Below are positions 48,026-57,366 of a stretch of DNA of 64,000 nucleotides, one piece after another (positions within the stretch are counted from its first letter, which is position 1; every line of letters begins with the position of its first letter). The notes under the pieces are model-generated. The model saw only the letters and a list, made by a program, of their open reading frames with translations. It was not told the origin of the DNA and made no database searches. The position numbers and the translations under genes are program-made. The stretch comes from an uncultured Candidatus Rokubacteria bacterium. Lineage in GTDB: Bacteria; Methylomirabilota; Methylomirabilia; Rokubacteriales; CSP1-6. The stretch spans positions 102,477 through 166,476 of the forward strand of contig CAVYTA010000004.1 in assembly GCA_963771355.1 (NCBI GenBank), in the 5' to 3' direction.

Positions 48026-48191
48026 CCTCGATCGAAGCCTCACCCTCGTCGTCGAGGGTCAGTGTGATCAGGTTGGGCCGGCAGCATACCGTGCAATCCT
48101 CCGTGAACGTCTGCCGGGGGCCCCCGCTCGGATCCACCGTCAGGTCGTTCTCCTCTCCGCAGAACGCGCACCCGTAGGTCACGCCCCGCAT
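48003..48191 (-). CDS. CPXCG-motif cysteine-rich small protein (zinc-ribbon-like)
   Basis: MRGVTYGCAFCGEENDLTVDPSGGPRQTFTEDCTVCCRPNLITL... has a CxxCG ... CxVCCRP pattern. The start was trimmed to ATG 48191. Confidence 0.6.
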   Translation of the reverse strand: MRGVTYGCAFCGEENDLTVDPSGGPRQTFTEDCTVCCRPNLITLTLDDEGEASIEVTQEYEA

Positions 48192-48339
48192 TCTACGCGG
48201 GAATGTGTCATGATGGCCCTGTCTGGCCCGGCCGTCGGTTCCTCGTGGGACCCCCACCCTCCCAGATCACGACTCCGCAGCCAACTTCCGCGATCCGGAG
48301 CGTGTCCCCAACCGCGGGAGATCGATCCGGAGGCAAGTC

Positions 48340-48675
48340 ATGGCACACAAGCTCTTCATCGGAGGCCTGGCGTTCTCGACATCCACCGAGCGTCTGCGCG
48401 AGGTGTTCGCTCAAGCCGGAGCCGTCGAGTCGGCCGCGGTGGTGACCGACCGTGACACCGGGAACTCGCGGGGATTCGGCTTCGTCGAGATGGCGTCGGC
48501 GGAAGCGGCGGCCGAGGCGGTCAAGCTGCTCAATGGCAAGGAAGTGGACGGCCGCACGCTGAAAGTGGAGCTGGCCAATTCCGCGGGGGCGGGCGGAGGT
48601 CGGAGCGGCGGCGGGGGCGGGTATCGGAGCCGCGGCGGGAGCGGCGGCAGCGGTAGCAGCGGCGGCCGCTGGTAG
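48340..48675 (+). CDS. RRM-type RNA-binding protein with Gly-rich tail
   Basis: RNP-2 LFIGGL, RNP-1 RGFGFVEM, and a C-terminal GGGRSGGGGGYRSRGGSGGSGSSGG tail. Confidence 0.85.
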   Translation: MAHKLFIGGLAFSTSTERLREVFAQAGAVESAAVVTDRDTGNSRGFGFVEMASAEAAAEAVKLLNGKEVDGRTLKVELANSAGAGGGRSGGGGGYRSRGGSGGSGSSGGRW

Positions 48676-48696
48676 GCAGTCCCCTCGGCGTCCGCC

Positions 48697-51465
48697 TCAG
48701 CCGGTGTTCCGGAGTCCCGCCGCGATCCCGTTGACGGTGAGGACGATCACCTCGCGCAGCGCCTCCCCCTCGGGACCTTCCGGGTCCGGGAGGGCGCGCA
48801 ACCGGCGCAGCATCTCGACCTGGAGATAGTTGAGCGGATCCACGTAGGGATTCCGCAGCTCGATGGACCGCTGGATGACGGGCTCACCGTCCATCAGCGC
48901 GCGATGCCCGGTGATGGCGAGGATGGCCTCGCGGGCGCGCCGGTGCTCCGCCTCGATGCGGGCGAAGAGTGCCGCCGCGCGGGGGCGCTCGGGATCGAGG
49001 CCGACGTAGAGGGTGGCAATACCGAGATCGGCCTTGAGCAGCGACATCTCCGCATTGTCGAGGAGGGCCCGGAAGAAGGGCCAGCGGCGGTGCATCTCGC
49101 GCAGGAGATCGGGCGGGGCCCCGCCCTCCGCCAGCGCGGCGCCCAGCCCGAACCAGCCGGGGAGATTGAAGCGGCTCTGCATCCAGGAAAACACCCAGGG
49201 AATGGCGCGTACCTGCGCAATCTCCAGGGTGGCGCCCCGGCGCGTGGCAGGCCGTGAGCCCAGGCGCAGCCGGCTGATCTCGTCGATGGGCGTGACCGCG
49301 CGCCAGAATTCCACGAAGCCCGGCGCCTCGACCAGGGACCGGTAGGACGTTCGCGCCGCTTCCGCCATCGCCTCCATGGCCCGGCGCCACTCCTCTGGAG
49401 CGCCGGGGAACGCGCCGGGCTCCTCCCCGCCGGTCGCGGAGGGCCCGGCCCCGGCAGGCGACGACGCCTCCAGCACCGCGCTCACGATCTGCTCGAGATG
49501 GCGGTGCGCCAGCGCGGGGTCACCGTAGCGGGCCGCGAGCACCTCGCCCTGCTCGGTGAGCCGGAAGCGCCCGCCGACGGTGCCCGGCGGCTGCGCGCGA
49601 ATGGCCCGCCCCGCGGGGCCGCCGCCCCGGGCCACCGTCCCGCCGCGCCCGTGGAAGAGGGTGAGCGGCACGCCCCGCGCGGCGCAGACCCGGACGATCT
49701 CCTCCTGGGCGCGGTAGAGGGCCCAGTTCGCGGCGAGGTAGCCGCCGTCCTTGTTGCTGTCCGAGTACCCGATCATCACCGTCTGCTGCCCGCCCGCGCG
49801 CGCGAGGTGCTCGCGGTAGAGGGGAAAGCCGAAGAGATCGTCCAGGATGCGCGGGGCGGCCTCCAGGTCGCCCAAGGTCTCGAAGAGCGGCACGATCTCG
49901 AGTCCCGCCTCGCCGCCCGCCCAGCGAGCGAGGAGGAGCACCGTGAGGAGATCGGCGGGCCCGCGGGTCATGGAGATGATGAAGGGCCCCAGGAGCTCCG
50001 GCCCGTAGACGGCGCGCGCGCGGGCGAGGAGCCGGAAGAGCGCCCACGTCTCCGCGGTCTCCGGAGAGAGCGCCAGGCTCGCAGGTGTCTCCGGCACGGG
50101 CCCGGCCAGGAGCCGGAGCAAGGTCTCGGTGCGAGCGCGATCGTCGCCCTCGGCGAATCCGGCGCCGAGCCCGAGCGCGCTCAGCAATTCGCCGAGCGCC
50201 GCGGCCAGGCGCGAGGACTCTTCCCGGACGTCGAGCCGAGCCGCGTGGAGGCCGAACGCCTCGATCTGGAGGCGCACGGTCCACAGCCGGTCACGGGCCA
50301 GCGCGGGCGGCAGCGCGGAGGCGATGAGATCCAGCGGCCGGGTGAGATCGGCGAGGCTCACGCGCGCGGCGTGGGGCGTCGCCTCGAGGAGGCGCGCGGT
50401 CATGTCTTCGCGCGCGGCCGCCTCCAGATCGGCGGCGAGCAGCGCGAGGACGAGGCGGTAGGGCTCGTCCGTATAGCGCGCGTCGAGATAGGCGGCGCGC
50501 GCGGGGAGGGGCCGCCGCGCGGCCAGCCAGGCCTCGAGGGCGGGCGGCGGCGGCACCCGGCGCGCGCTGAGCGAGAGGCGGCGCGCGAGATCCTGGAGCG
50601 ACCGGCGATGCCGCTCCAGCGCGAGCCCGCGGTGCAGGCGCAATGTCTCCGCAGTGATGTCGGCGGTGACGCCGGGATTGCCGTCGCGATCCCCCCCGAT
50701 CCAGGAGGCGAGCGTGAGCCAGCGCGGGGGAGCGGCGAGCCCCGGATAGTGCCGGCCCAGCGCGCTCTCGAGGTCCCGGGAGAGCCTCGGCAGCGCCTCC
50801 CAGAAGATGTCCTCCACGAAATAGAGCCCCGTGCGGACCTCGTCGGTGACGGCAGGGCGGACCGTTCGCGCGCGGCCGGTGAGCCAGAGCGCGGTGATCT
50901 CGCTGCGGATGACGCCCACGTGCTCCTCCCGCTCGCGGGGGAGCACATCGGCGCGGTGCAGCGCGTGAAGCGACTCGCCGACGCGCCGGAGCTTGGCCAG
51001 TATCGTGCGCCGCTTGGCCTCGGTCGGATGCGCGGTGAGCACCAGCTCGATGGTGAGGCGGTCCAGCAGCGCGCGCATCGCCGCTTCCCCGACGCCGCGC
51101 GCCTTGAGCAGGCCCACCGCTTCCGCCACGCTCTCGGGCGGGGACGCCGGATGCTGCGCGCGCTCCCGGTCGCGGAGCGCGGCCACGCGCTGCGCCTCTT
51201 CGGCCAGGTTGACGAGATCGAAGTAGAGCGTGAAGGCGGCGGCCACGCCCCGCGCGGCCAGCGGCGGCAGCGCCGCCACCTCGGCGGCGAGTCCCTCCGC
51301 CGCGCCCGCCACGCCCGCGCGCCGGTCCTTGGCGCGCGCACGGATGCGCTCCTCCACCTCGAAGAGGGCGGGGCTTTCCTGCTCCGTGAGCACCTCGCCG
51401 AGGAGCGTGCCGAGGAGGTGGATACTCGCCGAGAGGTCCATGCCGCCGCTTGTCGCTCCTCTCAC
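48697..51465 (-). CDS. ppc: Phosphoenolpyruvate carboxylase
   Basis: VLTAHPTEAKRRT, VMIGYSDSNKDGGYL, FHGRGGTVARGGGP and a C-terminal ...GLRNTG. An alternative start lies at 51441 (MDLSASIHLLG). Confidence 0.95.
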   Translation of the reverse strand: MRGATSGGMDLSASIHLLGTLLGEVLTEQESPALFEVEERIRARAKDRRAGVAGAAEGLAAEVAALPPLAARGVAAAFTLYFDLVNLAEEAQRVAALRDRERAQHPASPPESVAEAVGLLKARGVGEAAMRALLDRLTIELVLTAHPTEAKRRTILAKLRRVGESLHALHRADVLPREREEHVGVIRSEITALWLTGRARTVRPAVTDEVRTGLYFVEDIFWEALPRLSRDLESALGRHYPGLAAPPRWLTLASWIGGDRDGNPGVTADITAETLRLHRGLALERHRRSLQDLARRLSLSARRVPPPPALEAWLAARRPLPARAAYLDARYTDEPYRLVLALLAADLEAAAREDMTARLLEATPHAARVSLADLTRPLDLIASALPPALARDRLWTVRLQIEAFGLHAARLDVREESSRLAAALGELLSALGLGAGFAEGDDRARTETLLRLLAGPVPETPASLALSPETAETWALFRLLARARAVYGPELLGPFIISMTRGPADLLTVLLLARWAGGEAGLEIVPLFETLGDLEAAPRILDDLFGFPLYREHLARAGGQQTVMIGYSDSNKDGGYLAANWALYRAQEEIVRVCAARGVPLTLFHGRGGTVARGGGPAGRAIRAQPPGTVGGRFRLTEQGEVLAARYGDPALAHRHLEQIVSAVLEASSPAGAGPSATGGEEPGAFPGAPEEWRRAMEAMAEAARTSYRSLVEAPGFVEFWRAVTPIDEISRLRLGSRPATRRGATLEIAQVRAIPWVFSWMQSRFNLPGWFGLGAALAEGGAPPDLLREMHRRWPFFRALLDNAEMSLLKADLGIATLYVGLDPERPRAAALFARIEAEHRRAREAILAITGHRALMDGEPVIQRSIELRNPYVDPLNYLQVEMLRRLRALPDPEGPEGEALREVIVLTVNGIAAGLRNTG

Positions 51466-51589
51466 ACTCCGTGGCAGTCGCGCGGGCGGGGCGGTGTCTA
51501 ACTACCGATGGCCATTGCCCAGTTCGTTGGCACGTCGGTTGCTCTAGAGGAGCTTCGGGCAGTGTACGCCATTGGCCCGGGAGGAGACC

Positions 51590-52627
51590 ATGGGCATCCT
51601 GAGCTTCGCGAAGAAACAGCTCATCGACATCCTGCAGTGGACCGAGGGTGGCGACGACCTCCTCGCCTGGCGCTTCCCGACCGCCGATCTCGAGATCCAG
51701 CAGGGCGCCCGGCTCGTGGTGCGCGAGACGCAGAAGGCGCTGTTCGTGGATCAGGGGCACGTGGCCGACCTCTTCGATCCCGGCACCTACACGATCAAGA
51801 CCGCGAACCTGCCCGTGCTCACCGACCTCCGGCACTGGGACAAGCTCTTCGAGTCGCCGTTCAAGAGCGAGGTGTACTTCTTCTCGACGCGGCTCCGGCT
51901 CAACCAGACCTGGGGCACCGCCAACCCGCTCGCGATCCGCGACCGCGAGTTCGGCGCGGTGCGGGTGCGCGGCTTCGGCGTGTACAGCTATCGCATCAAC
52001 GATGCCTCCGTGTTCTTCCGGAACATCTCCGGCACGCGCGAAACTTACGCGGTGGCCGAGCTCGAGGGCCAGCTCCGCAGCACGCTGATCACCACGCTGA
52101 CCACCCACCTCGGCGAGAGCCAGGTCCCCTTCCTCGACATGGCCGCCAACAGCGACGCGCTGGGGCGCGCGGTGCTGCAGAAGGCGCGGCCGGCCTTCGC
52201 CGCGCTGGGTCTGGGGCTCGAGGACTTCCAGATCCAGAACGTGTCGCTGCCCGAGGAGCTGCAGAAGCGCCTCGACGAGCGCATCGGCATGGGCATCGTG
52301 GGCGATCTCTCGCGCTATACCCAATTCCAGGTGGCCCAGTCCATTCCCACCGCAGCGGCGGCGCCGGGCGGGGCGGCGGGCGCCGGCGTGGGGCTGGGCG
52401 CGGGTATCGCCATGGGCCAGGCCATGTCCCACGGCATCCAGCTGGCTCAGGCGGGGCAGGCGCAGGCCCGGCGAGGGGAGTCGCCCTCCGGGACGGCGGC
52501 GGTCCAGGGCGGCGCCGGCATCACGCCGGCCGCGCCCGGCGCGGTGGGCAGCGTCTGCCCTCGCTGCCAGACGCGACTCGACAAGCCCAGCAAGTTCTGC
52601 CCCGAGTGCGGGGCGCCGCTGGGTTAA
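51590..52627 (+). CDS. SPFH (stomatin/prohibitin/flotillin) domain protein with C-terminal zinc ribbon (YdjI-like)
   Basis: ATG after GGAGGAG. MGILSFAKKQLIDILQW...LVVRETQKALFVDQG..., a Gly/Ala-rich linker, then CPRCQTRLDKPSKFCPECGAPL. Confidence 0.75.
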   Translation: MGILSFAKKQLIDILQWTEGGDDLLAWRFPTADLEIQQGARLVVRETQKALFVDQGHVADLFDPGTYTIKTANLPVLTDLRHWDKLFESPFKSEVYFFSTRLRLNQTWGTANPLAIRDREFGAVRVRGFGVYSYRINDASVFFRNISGTRETYAVAELEGQLRSTLITTLTTHLGESQVPFLDMAANSDALGRAVLQKARPAFAALGLGLEDFQIQNVSLPEELQKRLDERIGMGIVGDLSRYTQFQVAQSIPTAAAAPGGAAGAGVGLGAGIAMGQAMSHGIQLAQAGQAQARRGESPSGTAAVQGGAGITPAAPGAVGSVCPRCQTRLDKPSKFCPECGAPLG

Positions 52628-52654
52628 CCCGCCCCGCCGGCCGCGCGCAACCGC

Positions 52655-53413
52655 ATGAACTGTCCCGGCTGCAGCGGAGAGATGTCGTCGAAAGTGTACG
52701 AGGGCAAGTACGTCGGCTCCATCACCCTCGACCTCTGCCACGGCTGCTCTGCCCTCTGGTTCGACGGCCTCGAGAGCCTCGGGTTGTCGCCGGGCTCCAT
52801 CCTCGAGCTTCTCGTGGTGATGAACGACAACCGCCCCGCCACGCGCAACCCGCTGGGGGATAACCTCGCCTGTCCCCACTGCCACGGGCGCCTCGTGCGC
52901 ACCGTCAACATGCAGCGGACCACCCGCTTCACCTACTGGCGCTGTCCGGGGGACCACGGGCACTTCATCACCTTCTTCGAGTTCCTGCGGGAGAAGAACT
53001 TCGTTCGCCCGCTCAGCCCCGTCGAGATCGAGGAGCTGAAGCAGAACATTCGCACCGTCACCTGCTCGAGCTGCGGGGCGCCGGTGGACCTCGATACCGG
53101 GGCGGGGTGTCCGTACTGCCGGGCGCCGCTCTCCATGCTCGACGCCAAGCAGCTCGACACCGTGGTGGCCGCGCTCAAGCGCGAGGAGGCCCTTCGCGAC
53201 GACGCGGCGCGGCGGGGGCTCGATGGGCCGCTCGCGGTGCGGCTCCTGCAGGATCGCGTCTCCGTGAGCCGCGAGTTCCGGAAGATGGAGCCGGGGGCGC
53301 TACACCTCGATCTCGCCACCGGGCTGTCGGGCGGTGTCCCCGGTGTGCTCTCGGCCGGGATCGTGGAGGCGGGCGTGGCCGCGCTCTGCGCGCTCCTCAA
53401 ATCGGGCGACTGA
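52655..53413 (+). CDS. Triple zinc-ribbon protein (TFIIB-type zinc-finger, YdjG-like)
   Basis: CPGCSGEM...LDLCHGCSALWFD, then CPHCHGRL...WRCPGDHGHF, then CSSCGAPVDLDTGAGCPYCRAPL. Confidence 0.65.
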   Translation: MNCPGCSGEMSSKVYEGKYVGSITLDLCHGCSALWFDGLESLGLSPGSILELLVVMNDNRPATRNPLGDNLACPHCHGRLVRTVNMQRTTRFTYWRCPGDHGHFITFFEFLREKNFVRPLSPVEIEELKQNIRTVTCSSCGAPVDLDTGAGCPYCRAPLSMLDAKQLDTVVAALKREEALRDDAARRGLDGPLAVRLLQDRVSVSREFRKMEPGALHLDLATGLSGGVPGVLSAGIVEAGVAALCALLKSGD

Positions 53414-53468
53414 ACCCGCCTCCGAAACCTCCGCCGAAACCATCCGGCAGCGCAGGCCAGGATGTGTC

Positions 53469-53699
53469 ATGATGTGGGTGATGCAAGTCCTGGCCTTCTG
53501 CACCCCCGCGAATACCTCCTGGCGCTGGCGTATCGTCAGTTATTCCGGTGATGTCGTGGAGGAGTCACACCAGGTCTTCCCGACCATCGCGACCGCGGTG
53601 GCCCAAGGCGCGAAGCGCCTCGTGGAGATGAACGTCGTCGATCGTACCGTCGCCGCTCCCGGCTACCGCTCCACCCGGCATCTGCGTCGCCCGTCCTGA
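53469..53699 (+). CDS. Small protein with one YegP/DUF1508-like repeat (tentative)
   Basis: SWRWRIVSYSGDVVEESHQVFPTIATAVAQGAKRLVEMN parallels the YegP repeat FRFVLKAGNGETILTSELYTSKTSAEKGIASVRSN. The start was trimmed from the track ORF. Confidence 0.4.
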   Translation: MMWVMQVLAFCTPANTSWRWRIVSYSGDVVEESHQVFPTIATAVAQGAKRLVEMNVVDRTVAAPGYRSTRHLRRPS

Positions 53700-53824
53700 C
53701 CGCGCCTCCTGAGCGTCGGTCCTGCCCGGCGTCCATTCTGGTAACTACGCGCCCATCCTGCTCGAGCCACATGCTTTCCCGCCACGAGCCGCTCGCGGCC
53801 CGGGATGCGCAAGGCGTCCCTCCC

Positions 53825-54214
53825 TCAGGGCCGGACGATGAGGTCGATCTCCACCGCGCCGCCCAGGGCGAGGCCGGTCACTCCTACCGTGGTCCGGGCA
53901 GGCAGCCGGCCGGGGGCGAAGTGGCGGGCATACTCCGCGTTCATGACCGCGTAGTTGCCGAAATCCGTGAGATACACACGCGCCATCACCGTCCGGTCAA
54001 GGCTGGTGCCCGCTCCACGGAGCACGGTCTGGAGGTTCTGCATCACCTGGCGGGTCTGGGCCACGATGCCCCCGGCGACCAGCTGGTTGGTGAGGGGGTC
54101 CACCCCGAGCTGACCGGTGACGAAGAGGAAGTCTCCCGCGCGGACGGCATGGCTGTAGGCGGCAGTGGGGGGCGGGGGCGGGGCGCCCGCCGCCATCAGA
54201 AACTCGAGATCCAT
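53825..54214 (-). CDS. RidA/YjgF/endoribonuclease L-PSP family protein
   Basis: YSHAVRAGDFLFVTGQLG...QTRQVMQNLQTVL...ARTTVGV..LALGGAVEIDLI. ATG follows GAGGAGGAG. Confidence 0.8.
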   Translation of the reverse strand: MDLEFLMAAGAPPPPPTAAYSHAVRAGDFLFVTGQLGVDPLTNQLVAGGIVAQTRQVMQNLQTVLRGAGTSLDRTVMARVYLTDFGNYAVMNAEYARHFAPGRLPARTTVGVTGLALGGAVEIDLIVRP

Positions 54215-54393
54215 CGCGCTCCTCCTCGAGCGCGAAGTGTAGCAGGACACCGAGATCAACGCGCGGCGCCAGGCACTATGGCGCTGGGCGGGCCGGTGGT
54301 CTATCTTGACCTGGAAGCGAAGCGGGCGCTTGCCTCGACCGTAGGCAGCATCCCGCGGTCCTGAGAGCTCGGTAAGACGCGGGGGAGACAGGC

Positions 54394-55371
54394 GTGGATC
54401 AGCGCGAGGAGAAGGAGCAGCTGACGGCGGCGGATCAGCGCGAGCACGAGCGGCTGCGAGACCGGCTGGAGCTCTTCCGCCAGCTCGTCGAGAACAGTCA
54501 GGGCCTGGTCTGCAGCCACGACCTGAAGGGCAATCTCCTCTACGTGAGCCCGGCGTCCGCGTGGGAGCTCGGGTATGCCCCGGAGGACGGGGTGGGCCGG
54601 AACCTCCGGGAGTTCCTCGCCCCCTCGGTGCGCCCGTTCTTCGACGGCTATCTGGCGCGCATCCTCGAAAAGGAGGCGGACCGCGGCCTCCTCCGCCTGG
54701 TGAGCCGCGACGGCCAGGAGCGGCTCTGGGCCTATCGCAACGCGCTCTTCCGCCTTCCCGGGCGCGAGCCTTACGTGATCGGCCATGCGGTGGACATCAC
54801 CGAGCGCGCTCACGTGGAGTCGCTGCTGCGAGACAGCGAGGAGCGTTATCGCACCGTGATCGAGGGCCTCGAGGAAGGGGTGCTCTTCAAGAGCGCGGCG
54901 GGCGCCATCTCGGGCTGGAACCCCAGCGCGCGGCGCATTCTCGGCCCCGCCGTCGAGCGCCTGGGCGCTGACGCCGTCAAGGAAGACGGCTCGCCCTTCC
55001 CGCCCGAGGAGCAGCCCGACGCGCTCGCCCTCCGCAGCGGCCTGCCCTCACCGCGCGTGGTCATGGGCGTCCGCCGTGAGTTCGGCCAGCTCAGCTGGAT
55101 CTCGGTGCGGGCACATCCGCTGATCCGCTCGGGCGACACCGCGCCCCACGGCGTGGTCATGTCCTTCGTGGATATCACCGAGCGCCGCCGCGGCCGGACG
55201 CTGAGCGGCACCATCTCCATCTGTGCGTCCTGCAAGAAGATCCGCGACGCGGAAGGCACCTGGTGGCCGGTGGAAATCTATGTCCGCGACCATTCGGAAG
55301 CGGAATTCAGCCACGGCCTCTGCGTGGAATGCGCGCGGCATCTGCGCCAGCAGTTCCGCCTGATGGACTAG
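54394..55371 (+). CDS. Tandem PAS-domain protein with Cys-rich C-terminal motif and no canonical output domain
   Basis: Two PAS-like units (...LFRQLVENSQGLVCSHDLKGNLLYVS... and ...RYRTVIEGLEEGVLFKSAAGAISGWN...). The tail is ICASCKKIRDAEGTWWPVEIYVRDHSEAEFSHGLCVECARHL. Confidence 0.75.
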   Translation: MDQREEKEQLTAADQREHERLRDRLELFRQLVENSQGLVCSHDLKGNLLYVSPASAWELGYAPEDGVGRNLREFLAPSVRPFFDGYLARILEKEADRGLLRLVSRDGQERLWAYRNALFRLPGREPYVIGHAVDITERAHVESLLRDSEERYRTVIEGLEEGVLFKSAAGAISGWNPSARRILGPAVERLGADAVKEDGSPFPPEEQPDALALRSGLPSPRVVMGVRREFGQLSWISVRAHPLIRSGDTAPHGVVMSFVDITERRRGRTLSGTISICASCKKIRDAEGTWWPVEIYVRDHSEAEFSHGLCVECARHLRQQFRLMD

Positions 55372-55389
55372 CCCCGCGCCCGCGCGGGG

Positions 55390-56325
55390 CTAGTCTTCCA
55401 CCGCGTGCACGACCACCTGTGCCCGAAGGCCCTGCACGGTGGGAGGATCCACCACCCCCGGCCCCGGCGTGAGGGTGTTCGCCGCGCCCGCCGCGACGCC
55501 CAGCGCCAGCGCGTCCGCCGGCGACTCGCCCTTGGCGATGGCCGCCACGTAGCCGCCGAGTAGCGCATCACCGCTGCCCACCGTGCTGAGCGCGCGGACC
55601 GCGGGCGAGGCGGCGAACCAGGCGCGGCCGGCGCCGCTGAGCAGCGCGCCCCGCGGGCCCAGCTTGACGACCACCGTGGTGCCGCCGCCGGCTTCCCGAG
55701 CCCGACCGGCGAGGGTGCGGAGCGCATCGGTGCGGCAGCCCGTCCATTCGATGAACTCCTCCTCGTTGGGGGCCACCAGCTCCGGCTTCTCGGCGACCCC
55801 GGCGCGCAGGGCGTCGCCCTCCGCGTCGAGGAAGACGCGGGCGCCGGCGGCACGTGCCGCACTCACCAGCCGGCCGTAGAGCGAAGCGACGAGGCCGGGG
55901 CGCAGGCTGCCCGCCACCACCACCAGGTCCGTCGGGTGAACCCGGTCGGACAGATGTGCGACCAGCTGGTCGGCGGCATCGGCGGTCACCGGGTCCCCGG
56001 GCTCGAGCAGCCGCGTCTCGGAGGCGCCGGTGGGATCGGCGATGAGCACGTTCTCCCGCGACTCGCCCGGCACCTCGACGAAATCGGTGGTGATGCCGCG
56101 GTCGGCGAGATCACGCCGGATCCATGCGCCCGTGCGTCCGCCCACGAAGCCCGTGCATACCACGTCCTCGACCCCGAGGAGTCGGGCAGTCTTGGCCACG
56201 TTGAGCGGCTTGCCGCCCGCCACCGCCAGCGCGCGTCCGACCCGGTACTCGGCGGAGGCGCGGAAGCCGGGCACGACATAGGTCTTGTCGATCGCCGCGT
56301 TGACCGCGACGCACCAGAGTCGCAT
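55390..56325 (-). CDS. PfkB-family sugar(-phosphate) kinase (1-phosphofructokinase/tagatose-6-P kinase-like)
   Basis: Real start at MRLWCVAVNAAIDKTY (ATG 56325, sharing one nucleotide with the upstream stop). GGKPLNVA and the C-terminal TVGSGDALLGG motif. Confidence 0.8.
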   Translation of the reverse strand: MRLWCVAVNAAIDKTYVVPGFRASAEYRVGRALAVAGGKPLNVAKTARLLGVEDVVCTGFVGGRTGAWIRRDLADRGITTDFVEVPGESRENVLIADPTGASETRLLEPGDPVTADAADQLVAHLSDRVHPTDLVVVAGSLRPGLVASLYGRLVSAARAAGARVFLDAEGDALRAGVAEKPELVAPNEEEFIEWTGCRTDALRTLAGRAREAGGGTTVVVKLGPRGALLSGAGRAWFAASPAVRALSTVGSGDALLGGYVAAIAKGESPADALALGVAAGAANTLTPGPGVVDPPTVQGLRAQVVVHAVED

Positions 56326-57362
56326 CAGGCGGGAGAGATCACGACCTTCGCCGCGTCCTCGTGGTAGTCGGCGAGCGCCTGGAAGGCTCGCGGCCCCGCC
56401 TCCAGCGGGACCCGATGAGAGACGAAGGACTCGAGGTCCACCATGCCGTGAGCGGCGAGCGCGATGGTGCGGGCATAGACGGGCTTCATCCGGCGGGAGA
56501 TCTTGAGGGTGAGGCCCTTGCGGCGGGCCGGTGCGGCGGTGAACGCGGTCCGGTTGTCGGCGCAGATGCCCACCACCACCACCGTCCCCAGCGCGGCGGC
56601 GAGCTGCGCCGCCTGGTCCGGGGTCTCGGGCGCGCCCGCAGCCTCGAAGACGACGTCCGCGCCGCGTCCGCCGGTGGCGTCGAGCATCGCCGCCACCGGA
56701 TCCTCGCGGGCGGCATTGAACGTGGCGGTGGCCCCCGCGGTCTTGGCCAGGCGCAGCCGGTAGTCGTGGAGATCGGTGGCGAGCACCGCCTGGGCGCCGG
56801 CGAGGCGCGCGAGCTGGACGAGGAGGAGGCCGATGGGCCCGCAACCGAGCACCGCGACGATCGCGGCGATGCGCGGCGCCGCCAGGTCCACCGCGTGCAG
56901 GGCCACGCCGAGGGGCTCGAGCAGCGCCCCCGCCGCGTCGCTCACGCCCGAGGGCAGGGGGTGGAGGAGATGCGCGGGATGGACCAGCCGCTCGCGCAAC
57001 GCGCCGGCCACCCCCGGCGAGCCCACGAAGCGAACACGCGGGCACACGTGGGGATGGCCGTCCACGCAGAGCTCGCACGCGCCGCAGGCGATGGCGGGAT
57101 CGACGGCCACGCGGTCGCCCGCGCGCACCCGGACCACCCCCGGGCCCACCGCCTCCACCACCCCGGCGAACTCGTGGCCCATCACGAAGCCGCGCTCGAG
57201 GGAGTCCGGCCCGCCGGTCTCGCCCCGGTAGTAATGGAGGTCGGTGCCGCAGATGCCCACCGCGGTGACGCGCACGAGCGCCTCGCCCGGCCCGGGCTCG
57301 CGCACGTCGGGCACGGACGTCAGCTCGAGCGTGCGCGGCCCCATCAGGCCGAGGGCCTTCAC
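56325..57362 (-). CDS. Zinc-dependent alcohol/polyol dehydrogenase (MDR family)
   Basis: GICGTDLH, GHEFAGVVEAVG, structural-zinc CGACELCVDGHPHVC and NAD-binding GCGPIGLL. GTG start at 57362, 4 nt after the upstream stop. Confidence 0.85.
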   Translation of the reverse strand: MKALGLMGPRTLELTSVPDVREPGPGEALVRVTAVGICGTDLHYYRGETGGPDSLERGFVMGHEFAGVVEAVGPGVVRVRAGDRVAVDPAIACGACELCVDGHPHVCPRVRFVGSPGVAGALRERLVHPAHLLHPLPSGVSDAAGALLEPLGVALHAVDLAAPRIAAIVAVLGCGPIGLLLVQLARLAGAQAVLATDLHDYRLRLAKTAGATATFNAAREDPVAAMLDATGGRGADVVFEAAGAPETPDQAAQLAAALGTVVVVGICADNRTAFTAAPARRKGLTLKISRRMKPVYARTIALAAHGMVDLESFVSHRVPLEAGPRAFQALADYHEDAAKVVISPA

Positions 57363-57366
57363 GCGC

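Noticed and set aside
55390-57078. 562-aa minus-strand ORF suggesting a large fusion protein
   Set aside because: Its N-terminal half is an out-of-frame read through the ADH gene. The PfkB kinase begins at the internal ATG 56325, which abuts the ADH stop.
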